A stretch of 64,000 nucleotides of DNA from Rickettsiales bacterium (lineage in GTDB: Bacteria > Pseudomonadota > Alphaproteobacteria > Rickettsiales > UBA998): NCBI GenBank assembly GCA_028279475.1, contig JANQNR010000004.1, positions 450,393 to 514,392 of the forward strand, read 5' to 3'. A program made the position numbers and the translations under genes. The number at the start of each line of letters is the position of its first letter. The first letter of the stretch is position 1. Below the pieces are notes generated by a model. The model ran no database searches. It was given only the letters and a program-made list of their open reading frames with translations, and was not told where the DNA came from. Below, piece by piece: positions 48,172-58,360 of this stretch.

Positions 48172-49260
48172 ATGGCACAACAGCTACCGTTGGCCATTGA
48201 TGCGATGGGAGGCGACAAGGCTCCCAAGATCGTCGTTCGCGGAATGCAGATCATGCACCAGAAACAACCGGAGCGAAAGTTCCTGGTGTTTGGCAATCGC
48301 AAAATTCTGGATCGCTATTTTGCCCGAAAAACCATGCAGAAACTGCGACAGCAATGCGAGTTTGTGCATACGGATGTCGCGATTTCCAATGATGACAAGC
48401 CCTCCGTAGCCATGCGACAGGCGAAAAACAGTTCCATGCGGCTAGCCATCAAATCCGTCCGTGACGGAAAGGCGTGCGGTGTCGTCTCTGCCGGGAATAC
48501 CGGCGCTTTTATGGCTTTATCGAAAATGACGCTAAAAACCCTGCCTGGCATCTCCCGTCCAGCGATTACCGGCCTGATGCCCAATCGTGGCAGCAGCATT
48601 GTCATGCTGGATTTGGGTGCCAATGTTATCTGCGACGCATCTGACTTGTTTAATTTCGCACTCATGGGAGATGCGTTCTCCCGCATCGTCCTTAATGAAA
48701 CCAATCCTAGCATCGGGCTTCTTAACATTGGATCCGAAGAGATGAAAGGGCATGAAGAACTACACAAAGCTGCAGAAATGCTTCGCCAGACTGCCGGCAT
48801 TAATTTTCACGGCTATGTCGAAGGCAACGATATCTGTAATGGCGATATTCATGTGGTGGTCACGGATGGCTTTACCGGCAATGTCTCACTAAAAACCCTA
48901 GAAGGTACGGCACGTTATTTCTCACAGGAATTAAAACGCGCACTCTCCGGCTCCTTATTTGGCCGGTTGAGCTACCTGCTGGCAAAGCCGGCATTTGTTG
49001 TCATGAAGCGGCGGCTGGATGCCAGACGCTACAACGGCGCAATGTTTTTAGGGCTGGGCGGCATTGCCGTAAAAAGCCATGGCGGCGCCGACGGGTATGC
49101 CTTCTACCATGCCATGAAAACCGCCTATACCCTATCCGATCATCGCATTAATGAACAATTAGTGGAAGAACTTGCGAAACACCGCCCTACGCTTGACAAG
49201 ACAGCACCACTATCGCAGGATGGCAGCTCGGTGAATGAAGCGCTCAGCGCGCAGGCATAA
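48172..49260 (+). CDS. plsX: phosphate acyltransferase PlsX
   Basis: IAIDAMGGDKAP and SAGNTGA motifs, within the conserved rpmF-plsX-fabH order. Confidence 0.95.
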   Translation: MAQQLPLAIDAMGGDKAPKIVVRGMQIMHQKQPERKFLVFGNRKILDRYFARKTMQKLRQQCEFVHTDVAISNDDKPSVAMRQAKNSSMRLAIKSVRDGKACGVVSAGNTGAFMALSKMTLKTLPGISRPAITGLMPNRGSSIVMLDLGANVICDASDLFNFALMGDAFSRIVLNETNPSIGLLNIGSEEMKGHEELHKAAEMLRQTAGINFHGYVEGNDICNGDIHVVVTDGFTGNVSLKTLEGTARYFSQELKRALSGSLFGRLSYLLAKPAFVVMKRRLDARRYNGAMFLGLGGIAVKSHGGADGYAFYHAMKTAYTLSDHRINEQLVEELAKHRPTLDKTAPLSQDGSSVNEALSAQA

Positions 49261-49270
49261 CGGATACAGG

Positions 49271-50230
49271 ATGAGACACAGCGTAATACAAGGGATTGGC
49301 AGCTATGTGCCCAAACGCGTTATCACCAACCACGAACTTTCCGAAAAACTGGACACGTCCGATGCATGGATTCGTGAACGCACAGGCATTGCCCAACGCC
49401 ATATCGCCGCGCAAGGAGAATATACTTCCCACCTTGCGGCACACGCAGGAAAACGCGCTTTGCAACAAGCCGGTATGGACGCGGAGGCGATCGACCTAAT
49501 CGTACTGGCTACTGCTACACCGGATGAAACCTTCCCGTCTTGTGCTACCCGACTGCAAGCGCATCTAGGCAATCAGCGTGCCGCCGCATTTGACGTCAAC
49601 GCCGCCTGCTCGGGGTTTGTTTATGCATTGCATGTCGCGGATGCATTGCTAAAGAGTGGAAACCACTCCAACGCACTGGTTGTCGGTGCAGAGACCATGT
49701 CGCGGGTTATTGACTGGGAGGACCGCCGCACCGCTATTTTGTTCGGCGATGGTGCCGGTGCATGCGTGCTAAGTGCCGAAAAAAATACTGATCGCGGTAT
49801 TATCGGCAGCCAGATTGCCTCCGATGGTCAGTATGGTGATTTGCTGCATACCAATGGCGGCATCTCAACGACCCAGACTGCCGGCACGTTATTGATGGAA
49901 GGCAAGGAAGTCTTTCGCCACGCGGTTGAGAAAATGAGCCAGGCAGTAACCGCTACTGCCGAGCAGGCAAGCATTGCTGTACAGGATATTCAGCATCTGG
50001 TGCCGCATCAGGCCAATGCCCGCATTCTCAGTGCCTGCGCCAAACGGTTGAGCCTAGATGCTTCCCGTGTTGTGATGACAGTGGATCAACATGCCAATAC
50101 GTCATCCGCCTCGATTCCATTAGCACTTGCTTATATGCAAGATCGCGCTACAGTACATTCTGGCGATTTCGTCATGCTCACTGCGCTGGGCGCCGGATTT
50201 ACCTGGGGAAGTTGCCTCATTCGCTGGTGA
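49271..50230 (+). CDS. fabH: beta-ketoacyl-ACP synthase III
   Basis: From ATG at 49271: the catalytic-Cys region AAFDVNAACSGFVYAL and HQAN...GNTSSASIP. Confidence 0.95.
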   Translation: MRHSVIQGIGSYVPKRVITNHELSEKLDTSDAWIRERTGIAQRHIAAQGEYTSHLAAHAGKRALQQAGMDAEAIDLIVLATATPDETFPSCATRLQAHLGNQRAAAFDVNAACSGFVYALHVADALLKSGNHSNALVVGAETMSRVIDWEDRRTAILFGDGAGACVLSAEKNTDRGIIGSQIASDGQYGDLLHTNGGISTTQTAGTLLMEGKEVFRHAVEKMSQAVTATAEQASIAVQDIQHLVPHQANARILSACAKRLSLDASRVVMTVDQHANTSSASIPLALAYMQDRATVHSGDFVMLTALGAGFTWGSCLIRW

Positions 50231-50275
50231 TTTTGCTTGCGGTTTACTCATTTATAGATTAATTAACCTTGCATT

Positions 50276-50581
50276 ATGACAGAAAAGACAATTACACGCG
50301 CCGAATTAACCAATGCTGTGTACCAGGAACTGGGCGTTTCGCTCAGTGATGCCAGCACCATGGTCGATGCATTTTTTGATGAAATTACCGATGTTCTGGC
50401 TCGCCACGAGTCGGTGAAACTCTCCTCTTTCGGGACATTTAACCTTCGACATAAGAAAGCGCGCATTGGTCGCAATCCTAAGACCGGAGTGGAAGTAGTG
50501 ATTACCCCACGTACGGTGCTGTCGTTTAATCCATCGAATTTGTTAAAACAGCGGGTGAACCAGAAAAGTTCGAACGGTTAG
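50276..50581 (+). CDS. ihfA: integration host factor subunit alpha
   Basis: KTITRAELTNAVYQE.G.S..DA...VD.FF.EI...L.....VKLSSFGTF.LR.K..R.GRNPKTG.EV.I..R.V..F. Confidence 0.93.
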   Translation: MTEKTITRAELTNAVYQELGVSLSDASTMVDAFFDEITDVLARHESVKLSSFGTFNLRHKKARIGRNPKTGVEVVITPRTVLSFNPSNLLKQRVNQKSSNG

Positions 50582-50636
50582 TTCCCGGTTTATATATTTC
50601 TTCTCTCGTCACTTAAGGCCAAGCCGCAGGCGCGAT

Positions 50637-50706
50637 CCGGAATCCATTTCGGTTCTTGCATGTTGATAGATGGATTCCGGGTCTTCGCTATCGCTGCGCC
50701 CGGAAT
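50637..50706. repeat. GC-rich palindromic repeat (GTCATTCCGGG family), two overlapping hairpins
   Basis: The first hairpin is CCGGAATCCAT-22 nt-ATGGATTCCGG (11-bp stem). The second is ATTCCGGG-17 nt-CCCGGAAT (8-bp stem), and the two share the middle arm. The element ends ...CCCGGAATGAC, which is GTCATTCCGGG on the other strand. Confidence 0.75.
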
Positions 50707-50722
50707 GACGGCACTGTGGGCG

Positions 50723-51547
50723 TTAAGCGCCCTTTTCTTTGCTGGAAGCCTGCTGTTCTTGCTGCGCTTCGATTGCGTCAGCATAGCTACCGCCATGATT
50801 TTGGAGTTGCAATCCCCCATTCTGCGTCTGTATCGCCAGACTCTGCCATTTCTGAGCCTCTTCCGCTTTCACCTGTGCCGCCTGACCAAACTGGTTAGCT
50901 CTATTCTGTGCAGCTACATATTGTTTCGCCATAAATCCAACCCCAAGCAACACCGCCGAGCCAACGGTGAGACCAATAAACTGCTCACGTGAAATGGGGT
51001 TATTTTGAAACCACTGCGTTGCCTTACCACGCAATGATTCATTGACTTGCTTCTTAGCAACAAATTCTACACCATCAGCAATGCGATTAACAGATCCTAT
51101 GCCTTTCAATTTTCTAAACGTGGTATCCGTCAGTGCATCAGCGGCTTCTTTCCCAAGAGTTTCGCCAAATTTATTTTTCGCTTCCTCAGTAATTTCTTCC
51201 ATATTTAAATTCTTGAGGACACCAGCATTCTCTGCCGTACGATTGACCCACCGTCCCACTGCCTGTGCTTTATCGACGGCTGTCTTTTGCAGTCCTTTAT
51301 CGCTGAAATGGTCTGCTAAAGGCTCCGCGATCCACTTACGTGCACCAAACCCAGCAACCCCTGCAACAAGAGCACTCTCAACAATGGCTACTTCCGGCAC
51401 ATGAGAGTCATGTAGCTCTGCCAAAGTATTAGCCTGCGTCGCCGCCTGCTGCGCGCGCGCATGATAGACCTGCACCGCCTGCTGCGGCGTCAACGTATCC
51501 GACGTTGGCTGCTGCTGTTCTGGATCATGTGTTGGTGTCATAACCAT
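50723..51547 (-). CDS. hypothetical membrane protein (two predicted TM segments, Gln-rich termini)
   Basis: 274-aa ORF with an ATG start and hydrophobic segments VAIVESALVAGVAGFGA and FIGLTVGSAVLLGVGFMA. I recognise no family. Confidence 0.45.
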   Translation of the reverse strand: MVMTPTHDPEQQQPTSDTLTPQQAVQVYHARAQQAATQANTLAELHDSHVPEVAIVESALVAGVAGFGARKWIAEPLADHFSDKGLQKTAVDKAQAVGRWVNRTAENAGVLKNLNMEEITEEAKNKFGETLGKEAADALTDTTFRKLKGIGSVNRIADGVEFVAKKQVNESLRGKATQWFQNNPISREQFIGLTVGSAVLLGVGFMAKQYVAAQNRANQFGQAAQVKAEEAQKWQSLAIQTQNGGLQLQNHGGSYADAIEAQQEQQASSKEKGA

Positions 51548-51746
51548 CGGCTAATTATCCTTTATCATTCCCCAGTATGGCACAAGGATGTTACAGGAGC
51601 ATGACAAATCCTTACATATTCTACTACTGCTTGCTGCAAACGGCGTTTTCCTGCGCTTCTGCTCCTCATGTATGTCCAATACATTGCGGTGCAGTTCTCG
51701 GAAATCTACCGTTTTCGCAGCGCATTAGCGAATATGGTAATATTAT

Positions 51747-53024
51747 CTACTTTTCGTGTTCCAGCGCTTCTACTACATGGCATACGGCGTCGGTCAGTTG
51801 CGCCAGCTCCTGTTGCGCAATCACAAACGGTGGCATCAGATAGATCATGTCCTTGAACGGACGCAACCAGCAGCCCAGCTCGACAAAACGCGGGCGTACG
51901 GCAAATGGATCAAACCGGGCGGCATCCAGTTGCACCACCCCGATGGCGCCTTTCATCCGTACGTCTTTCACGATGGAGTGGCGCTTTAGGGGCGTGAGAC
52001 TTTCGCGAAAATGCGCCTCAAGCACTGCAACCTGCTCTAATCGTGGTTCCTGCACAAATAAATCTAGCGAAGCATTGGCAATCGCGCACGCGAGCGGGCT
52101 GGCCATAAAGGTCGGCCCATGCATCAACGCCTTGCTGATGTCATCATCATAGAATGCTTCATACACCGATTCCGTGGCCAGCGTCGCCGCCAACGTTATC
52201 ATCCCGCCGGTCACCCCCTTGCCGAGGCAGAGTATATCCGGCACAACATCTGCCTCCTCGCAGGCGAATAGTTGCCCTGTACGGCCAAACCCGGTCATGA
52301 TTTCATCGGCAATCAGCAGGATGTCATGCTCCCGGCACAATGCTGCCATGGCTGAGAGCACCTCCGGTGGATACAACCGCATCCCCCCGGTTCCTTGCAC
52401 CAATGGTTCAACCATCAGTGCCGCCAGCTCCGAGGCATTCGCGGATAGTGTGTGTTCGAACGCCTCCAACTCATCCAGTGACACCGGCACCGGCAACGCC
52501 AGTGGCTCGATGATATGTGGCCGGTAGGCGGCATGCATCCCACGCACCGGGTCACTCACACTCATCGCCCCGAACGTATCACCATGATAGGCCTGCTCCA
52601 GACAGGCAAAGCGGGTTTTCTTCGTGTTGCCTTGGTTCGCCCAGTATTGCAGCGCCATTTTCAGCGCCACCTCCACCGATGTTGACCCGGAATCAGAGAA
52701 AAACACCCGGCTGAGCGCCCCCTGCCCCGGCGTGAGCTTCGACAGACGCTCCGCCAGCATGTAGGCCGGTTCATGCGCCAGCCCGGCGAACATCACATGC
52801 GGCATGACCTCAAGCTGGCGCTTCGCCGCCTCCACCAGATGCGGATGGTTATGCCCATGCGGAATACACCACCATGAACTGATTCCGTCAATCAGCCGCC
52901 GTCCGTCCGCCAGCACGATATGGCACCCGTCCGTATGGGACACCGGCAGCGGCTCCGGCGCAATCTTCGCCTGTGCATAAGGCTGCCAGATATGGGGAAA
53001 GCCGGTAGGGTACCAATCTTTCAT
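51747..53024 (-). CDS. bioA: adenosylmethionine-8-amino-7-oxononanoate aminotransferase
   Basis: 425-aa class-III aminotransferase with a BioA-type N-terminus (HIWQPYAQ......P..V....G..I.L.DGR.LIDGISSWW) and ADEIMTGFGRTG. Confidence 0.9.
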   Translation of the reverse strand: MKDWYPTGFPHIWQPYAQAKIAPEPLPVSHTDGCHIVLADGRRLIDGISSWWCIPHGHNHPHLVEAAKRQLEVMPHVMFAGLAHEPAYMLAERLSKLTPGQGALSRVFFSDSGSTSVEVALKMALQYWANQGNTKKTRFACLEQAYHGDTFGAMSVSDPVRGMHAAYRPHIIEPLALPVPVSLDELEAFEHTLSANASELAALMVEPLVQGTGGMRLYPPEVLSAMAALCREHDILLIADEIMTGFGRTGQLFACEEADVVPDILCLGKGVTGGMITLAATLATESVYEAFYDDDISKALMHGPTFMASPLACAIANASLDLFVQEPRLEQVAVLEAHFRESLTPLKRHSIVKDVRMKGAIGVVQLDAARFDPFAVRPRFVELGCWLRPFKDMIYLMPPFVIAQQELAQLTDAVCHVVEALEHEK

Positions 53025-53036
53025 AGAAATGAGCGC

Positions 53037-53720
53037 TTACGCCGCCAGTGCTGCAAACAAGGCCTGCCCATCGGTGCCGCCGGTCAGTGCATCACAGACC
53101 CGCTCCGGATGCGGCATCATGCCCAGCACATTGCCCTGCGCGTTGATAATCCCAGCGATATTGTCCACCGAACCGTTGATATTCGCTGCGTCATCGACCG
53201 TGCCATCGGCATGGGCATAGCGGAATGCAATCTGCCCGTTATCCTGTAATTGCTTCAGCCCATCGTCATCAATGCGGTAATTCCCGTCATGATGGGCGAC
53301 CGGCACCTCAATGATCTGCCCTTGTTGATACTGATTGGTAAATGGCGTCGCTGCATTCTCTACCCGTAGCGGTACGGTTTTGCAGATAAAGCGCAAATCA
53401 CGGTTACGCATGAGTGCACCCGGCAGCAACCCGGACTCAGTCAACACCTGAAAACCGTTACAAATGCCCAGCACATAACCGCCGCGCTTGGCATGTGCGA
53501 TGACGCCCTGCATAATGGGGGAACGCGCCGACATTGCCCCGGAACGAAGATAATCGCCATAAGAAAACCCGCCGGGCAATACTACCAGATCAACTTCTGG
53601 CAAGGTGCTTTCCTGATGCCAGACACGTTGTACCGACGCGGAAGCAAGGGTACGCTCCAATGCCACCTGCGCGTCACGATCACAATTGGAGCCAGGGAAA
53701 ACGATCACTGCCGCTTTCAT
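53037..53720 (-). CDS. purQ: phosphoribosylformylglycinamidine synthase subunit PurQ
   Basis: From ATG at 53720: [25 protein letters not shown] (catalytic Cys) and MPHPER. Confidence 0.94.
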
Positions 53721-53721
53721 A

Positions 53722-53964
53722 TTAAGCAACGTCCTCCAGCAATTCCACGCGGTAGGACTCAATTACGGTATTGGCCAGTAACGCCTCACACATGCGCTCC
53801 ACCTCTTCTTGCGACGTGCCATCGGCCAGTTCCAGTTCGATAAACTTCCCTTGCCGCACGGAGTTCACCCCGTCAAACCCTAGATGCTTAAGCGCATTTT
53901 CCGTGGCTTTTCCCTGCGGGTCGAGCACACCGGATTTCAGCGTTACGTAGACCTGTGCTTTCAT
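53722..53964 (-). CDS. purS: phosphoribosylformylglycinamidine synthase subunit PurS
   Basis: 80 aa with [20 protein letters not shown], a typical PurS sequence. Confidence 0.93.
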
Positions 53965-54746
53965 GCATCCTCTCCCTTATCCGGCCGCTTCTCGTCAAAA
54001 TCAGCGATTTCTGCATTCGGCAACACACCCAACCGGTCGGCCACCTCGCGATACGCTTCTTCCACGCCGCCCATATCATTTCGAAAACGGTCTTTGTCCA
54101 GCTTGTCACCGGTCTTTACATCCCATAAGCGGCAGGAATCCGGGCTAATCTCATCGGCCAGAATTACCTTGGCTCGGCCTTCCTCATCGTAAATCCGGCC
54201 AAATTCAATTTTAAAATCTACCAGCTTCAGACCAATCCCCCGGAACAATCCATTGAGAAAATCATTGATACGCATCGCCATCATGCGGATGTCTTCCATT
54301 TCCATCGGATCGGCAATATCAAAGGAAAAAATATGGTCTTCCGATACGAACGGATCGCCTAGCTCATCGTTCTTGATACAAAACTCGATGATTGGCATAC
54401 GTAGCACCCCGCCTTCATCGACATTGAAGCGCTTGGCAAAACTGCCAGCAGCGGCATTGCGGACGATGACTTCCAGCGGAATAATCTCCACCGCACGCAC
54501 CAACTGTTCACGCATATTTAGCGTACGGATAAAATGATTCGGCACACCAATTTCCGAAAGGCGCAACATCAAAAATTCGGAAATCTTATTATTAATCACA
54601 CCTTTGCCACGAATTGTTCCCTTCTTTTCATTATTGAACGCCGTGGCGTCATCCTTGAAATGGGCAATCAACGTGCCTGGTTCCGGCCCCTCAAATAATT
54701 GTTTGGCTTTGCCTTCATAAATAGGGGTACGTTTTGTGGTGGTCAT
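53961..54746 (-). CDS. purC: phosphoribosylaminoimidazole-succinocarboxamide synthase
   Basis: [11 protein letters not shown] and [13 protein letters not shown] motifs. The ATG at 54746 is preferred, though the track ORF extends to 54785. The stop overlaps the purS ATG. Confidence 0.92.
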
Positions 54747-54955
54747 AGCAGGTCGGTGGTTGGACAGTTTCATAAGCATGGTCAAGTATCTACCTCATCC
54801 CGCATCCGCTTCAGGCGGTGCAAGCGAAGCCTCCTTTAACCATATCGCCACCAATTTGAAAAGCATAAAAAAATCGTATGCTATGGCACGTAGGCCTGAT
54901 ATTACTTGTGTCCTGATGCGTATTCGCGCATATCAAGTGAAACAAAGGAGTGACT

Positions 54956-55282
54956 ATGGCAGATATGAAAGATAGAGAGCAGTTATTTGAGAATAAATAC
55001 GCCCATGATGAAGAGCTGCGCTTCAAAGTGGAGATGCGCCGCAACAAGCTGATTGGGCTGTGGGCAGCAGAGTTGTTGGGCAAGGAAGGCGACGCCGCCA
55101 CTGCTTATTACAAGGAAGTGATCGAATCAGACTTTGAAGAGGCCGGCGATGACGACGTCTTACGTAAAGTCTACGGCGATCTGGAAGCGCAAGGACTCTC
55201 CGTTACCCGCGAAGAAGTGCGTGTAAAACTAGATTATTATCTGAATGAGGCCAAGCAGCAAATCATGTCCGAACTGGAATGA
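54956..55282 (+). CDS. DUF1476 protein (homologue of the alphaproteobacterial F1Fo-ATPase inhibitor zeta subunit)
   Basis: MKDREQLFENKYAHDEELRFKVEMRRNKLIGLWAAELLG is the DUF1476 pattern. The ATG at 54956 lies 6 nt after AAGGAG, whereas the track start at 54950 is GTG. Confidence 0.8.
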   Translation: MADMKDREQLFENKYAHDEELRFKVEMRRNKLIGLWAAELLGKEGDAATAYYKEVIESDFEEAGDDDVLRKVYGDLEAQGLSVTREEVRVKLDYYLNEAKQQIMSELE

Positions 55283-56145
55283 GCGCTTCGCCTATCACAC
55301 GCCTGATTAGGCCCAAAGAAAAAGATCTGGGCGGGTTCTCGGTACGTCGCTTGTTGCCACATGGCAATCAGCCAATGGTCGGGCCGTGGATCTTCTTTGA
55401 CCATGCCGGCCCCTCCTCCTTTGCCCCCGGAGACGGGGTGGATGTCCGCCCTCACCCGCATATCAATCTGGCAACCGTCACCTACCTGTTTGACGGAGAA
55501 TTGATGCATCGGGACTCAGTTGGTAGTGCACAGCTGATCCGCCCCGGGGACATTAATCTGATGGTTTCAGGCAGTGGCATTGTCCATTCGGAGCGCACGC
55601 CGGAAGCAACGCGTGCGCAGGGACATACGCTACATGCGTTGCAGCTCTGGCTGGCATTGCCGGAAGCGGAGGAAGAAACCGACCCGGCCTTTTATCATTA
55701 TCCGGCGGATACCATCTCGACCGTTCAGGTGGAAGGCGTTGCGGTGCGGGTGATGATGGGACAGGCCTACGGCGTGACGTCACCCGTCAAAACCTTCGCC
55801 GAAACGCTTTATGTGGAAGCGGAATTACGTGCTGGGCAATCGCTCACGCTACCGGAAGCGGCTGAACGCGCTGTCTACGTGGCGGCTGGGCATATCATGC
55901 TTGGAAAGGACGCAATACCAACCTATCATATGGGGATACTGGCACAAGGCACAGTCACCTTGCAAACTACAGAAAACACCCGGCTGGCTATTATTGGCGG
56001 AGAAGCACTGGGACAGCGCCATATTGACTGGAACTTCGTCTCCAGCCGTCCGGAACGCATCCAACAAGCCCGCGACGACTGGAAAGCCGGACGCTTTCCT
56101 AGAGTACCGGGCGATGAAGCGGAGTTTATCCCGTTGCCGGAGTGA
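55279..56145 (+). CDS. pirin family protein
   Basis: GFSVRRLLP, PHPHINLATVTYLFDGELMHRDS and VHSE, a bicupin pirin signature. Confidence 0.88.
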   Translation: MSASPITRLIRPKEKDLGGFSVRRLLPHGNQPMVGPWIFFDHAGPSSFAPGDGVDVRPHPHINLATVTYLFDGELMHRDSVGSAQLIRPGDINLMVSGSGIVHSERTPEATRAQGHTLHALQLWLALPEAEEETDPAFYHYPADTISTVQVEGVAVRVMMGQAYGVTSPVKTFAETLYVEAELRAGQSLTLPEAAERAVYVAAGHIMLGKDAIPTYHMGILAQGTVTLQTTENTRLAIIGGEALGQRHIDWNFVSSRPERIQQARDDWKAGRFPRVPGDEAEFIPLPE

Positions 56146-56229
56146 CAAGCAAACCTGACGCCTTCATTAAACGTCCGTTAATCTTCTGTCGTTATCCTAC
56201 ATTTGGATAGGCAAGAAAATTATGGTAGG

Positions 56230-56505
56230 ATGGAAACCATGGGTGATATTGAACTGATGCTAATGCAGGACTACCGCCTGACCACGGCGGAGATTCTCTA
56301 TCACATGCCGGATCATCCCAGCCTGCTGCAAAGCTATGTCTGGCAGGAGCTGGACTTAAACCCTGACTTCCCCGAATTAAAGCGTTTCCTAGAATTCTGG
56401 GATCGCTCGCTCGACGGCAAGGTGCACTCTGTTGCGGTGACCGCCTGCGATGACATCCGCGCCGCCTCCTATTTCGGGCGTCCAACATCGTTGAAGGTGC
56501 ATTAG
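56230..56505 (+). CDS. usg: Usg family protein
   Basis: YRLTTAEILYHMPDHPSLLQSYVWQELDLNPDFPELKRFLEFW is the conserved Usg pattern. The start is uncertain: TTG 56203, ATG 56230 or ATG 56239. Confidence 0.8.
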   Translation: METMGDIELMLMQDYRLTTAEILYHMPDHPSLLQSYVWQELDLNPDFPELKRFLEFWDRSLDGKVHSVAVTACDDIRAASYFGRPTSLKVH

Positions 56506-56510
56506 AGTTT

Positions 56511-56611
56511 AGGGTATAGGGGCTAGGGTATAGTTTCGCAAATGGTTGCCTCAACCCGCCATTCGATTTATACTGCTCACATATTACTAACCCCTACACC
56601 CTATACCCTAG
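56511..56611. promoter_or_regulatory. four-copy AGGGTATAG motif array (2 direct + 2 inverted) immediately upstream of the ipdC-like gene
   Basis: Read directly:
- AGGGTATAG at 56511-56519 and 56525-56533
- CTACACCCT at 56594-56602 (one mismatch)
- CTATACCCT at 56601-56609

CTAGGGTATAG and CTATACCCTAG form an 11-bp perfect inverted repeat. The last copy ends 7 nt before the ATG at 56617. Confidence 0.6.
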
Positions 56612-56616
56612 TCACC

Positions 56617-58263
56617 ATGACCACTGTCGGCCAATTCCTGTTTGACTATCTCCACGCACAAGGGGTGGACTGCGCCTTCGGCATCCCCGGCGACTTCGCC
56701 CTGCCAACCTTCCGTTGGCTGGAACAGTCACCACTGCGCCTGATTACCCTGACCCATGAACCATCGGTCGGATTTGCTGCTGACGGCTATGCCCGTATTA
56801 ACGGACTGGGCGTCGCCTGCGTGACCTACTGTGTTGGCGGGCTGAACATGCTCAACTCTGTTGCCTGTGCCTATGCGGAGAAAAGCCCGCTATTGGTGAT
56901 TTCTGGCGGGCCATCCCCTTCGGATCGGCAGGCTGACCCACTACTGCATCACAAGGTACGCACCTTTGACACCCAGCGCCGTATCTTTGAAGAGGTTACC
57001 TGTGCCAATACCGTCCTACTGGACGCGGACACGGCAGCAGCGGAGATTGTACGCGTTGTGGAAGCGGTCAAAACGCAATGCCGCCCTGGCTATATTGAAA
57101 TTCCGTTTGATATTGTTGATCTGCCGACGACCATCCCGGCGATCACCAATGCGCCGCCGCCTACTAGTGATACCGACAATCTCACCGCCGCACTGGAAGA
57201 TGCCGCAGCCATGATTAATGCTGCTGAGCGCCCGGTGATTATCGCCGATGTGGAACTGCACCGCCACGGCCTCACTGATCTGGCATCGCAGTTAGCCACT
57301 GATCATAATATTCCTATCGCCTCTACCCTGCTTTCCAAAAGCGTCGTGAATGAGAAAAACCCGCTATATATTGGTGTTTATAGTGGTGGACTGTCAGAAC
57401 CGGCTACGCAGCAACTCGTGGAAGAAAGTGACTGCCTGATCATGCTCGGTGCGTTCATCACCGATGTGTTTATGGGGATGGATACCGCCTCATTGGAGAA
57501 GAAACACACTATTCTGGCCACCACCGAAAAAACCCGCATTGGGCTGCGCCGGTACGAAGACATCCAATTCAAGGACTTTCTTGAAGGGTTGCTTGGCGCA
57601 GGCATTACACAGCGACCTAATTTCGACAACCCATTTCACCTGCGCGATATTGAGCCATTCGATACAGAGCAAGGAGATGCACCGCTGACTGTGGAAGCAT
57701 TTTTCCGGTCGTTGGAGCGGCACATGCCGGATAATGCCACACTGGTCTGTGATACCGGTGATGCATTACTGGGTGCAATTGGGCTGCGTACGTCGGAGCG
57801 CAAGCATTTTCTGGCCGACGCTTATTATCTGTCGATGGGATTTGCCGTGCCCGCTGCCGTGGGTGCCATGGCAGCGAATCCCGATTCGCGTGTGATTGCG
57901 ATTGTTGGTGACGGGGCGTTCCAGATGACCGGGATGGAAATTTCTACCGCCGCCAAGGAAGGCATGAATCCGATTATCTGTATTATCAATAACGATGGCT
58001 ATGGTACGCAGCGCCATATCATCGACGGGACATTCAACAATATTCAGTGCTGGGATTATACCAAACTGCCGGAACTCTTACGTTATGGCGTTGCGTATCG
58101 TTGCACCACTGCCGGAGAAATGGAGGAAGCGCTGCATCAGGCCGTTGCGGCGAAGGATGAGCTGGTTATTCTGGAAGTAGCGGTACCGCGTGATGATTGC
58201 AGTCGTAGCCTAAAACGCTTAGGCGAAGCACTGGGACGCTTGCGGGACGTGGAGAAGCAGTAA
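56617..58263 (+). CDS. thiamine-diphosphate-dependent 2-keto acid decarboxylase (indolepyruvate/phenylpyruvate decarboxylase-like)
   Basis: From ATG at 56617: MTTVGQFLFDYLHAQGVDCAFGIPGDF and the TPP-binding motif GDGAFQMTGMEISTA......NP.I.IINNDGY. Confidence 0.82.
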   Translation: MTTVGQFLFDYLHAQGVDCAFGIPGDFALPTFRWLEQSPLRLITLTHEPSVGFAADGYARINGLGVACVTYCVGGLNMLNSVACAYAEKSPLLVISGGPSPSDRQADPLLHHKVRTFDTQRRIFEEVTCANTVLLDADTAAAEIVRVVEAVKTQCRPGYIEIPFDIVDLPTTIPAITNAPPPTSDTDNLTAALEDAAAMINAAERPVIIADVELHRHGLTDLASQLATDHNIPIASTLLSKSVVNEKNPLYIGVYSGGLSEPATQQLVEESDCLIMLGAFITDVFMGMDTASLEKKHTILATTEKTRIGLRRYEDIQFKDFLEGLLGAGITQRPNFDNPFHLRDIEPFDTEQGDAPLTVEAFFRSLERHMPDNATLVCDTGDALLGAIGLRTSERKHFLADAYYLSMGFAVPAAVGAMAANPDSRVIAIVGDGAFQMTGMEISTAAKEGMNPIICIINNDGYGTQRHIIDGTFNNIQCWDYTKLPELLRYGVAYRCTTAGEMEEALHQAVAAKDELVILEVAVPRDDCSRSLKRLGEALGRLRDVEKQ

Positions 58264-58360
58264 GCCACTGTATATTTATTATTTTCAATGTTTCTCAGGG
58301 ACAAAATGACACAGGATTGTCATACTGCCCCCATTGAAAATACGGTATAATTAGAGAGTA

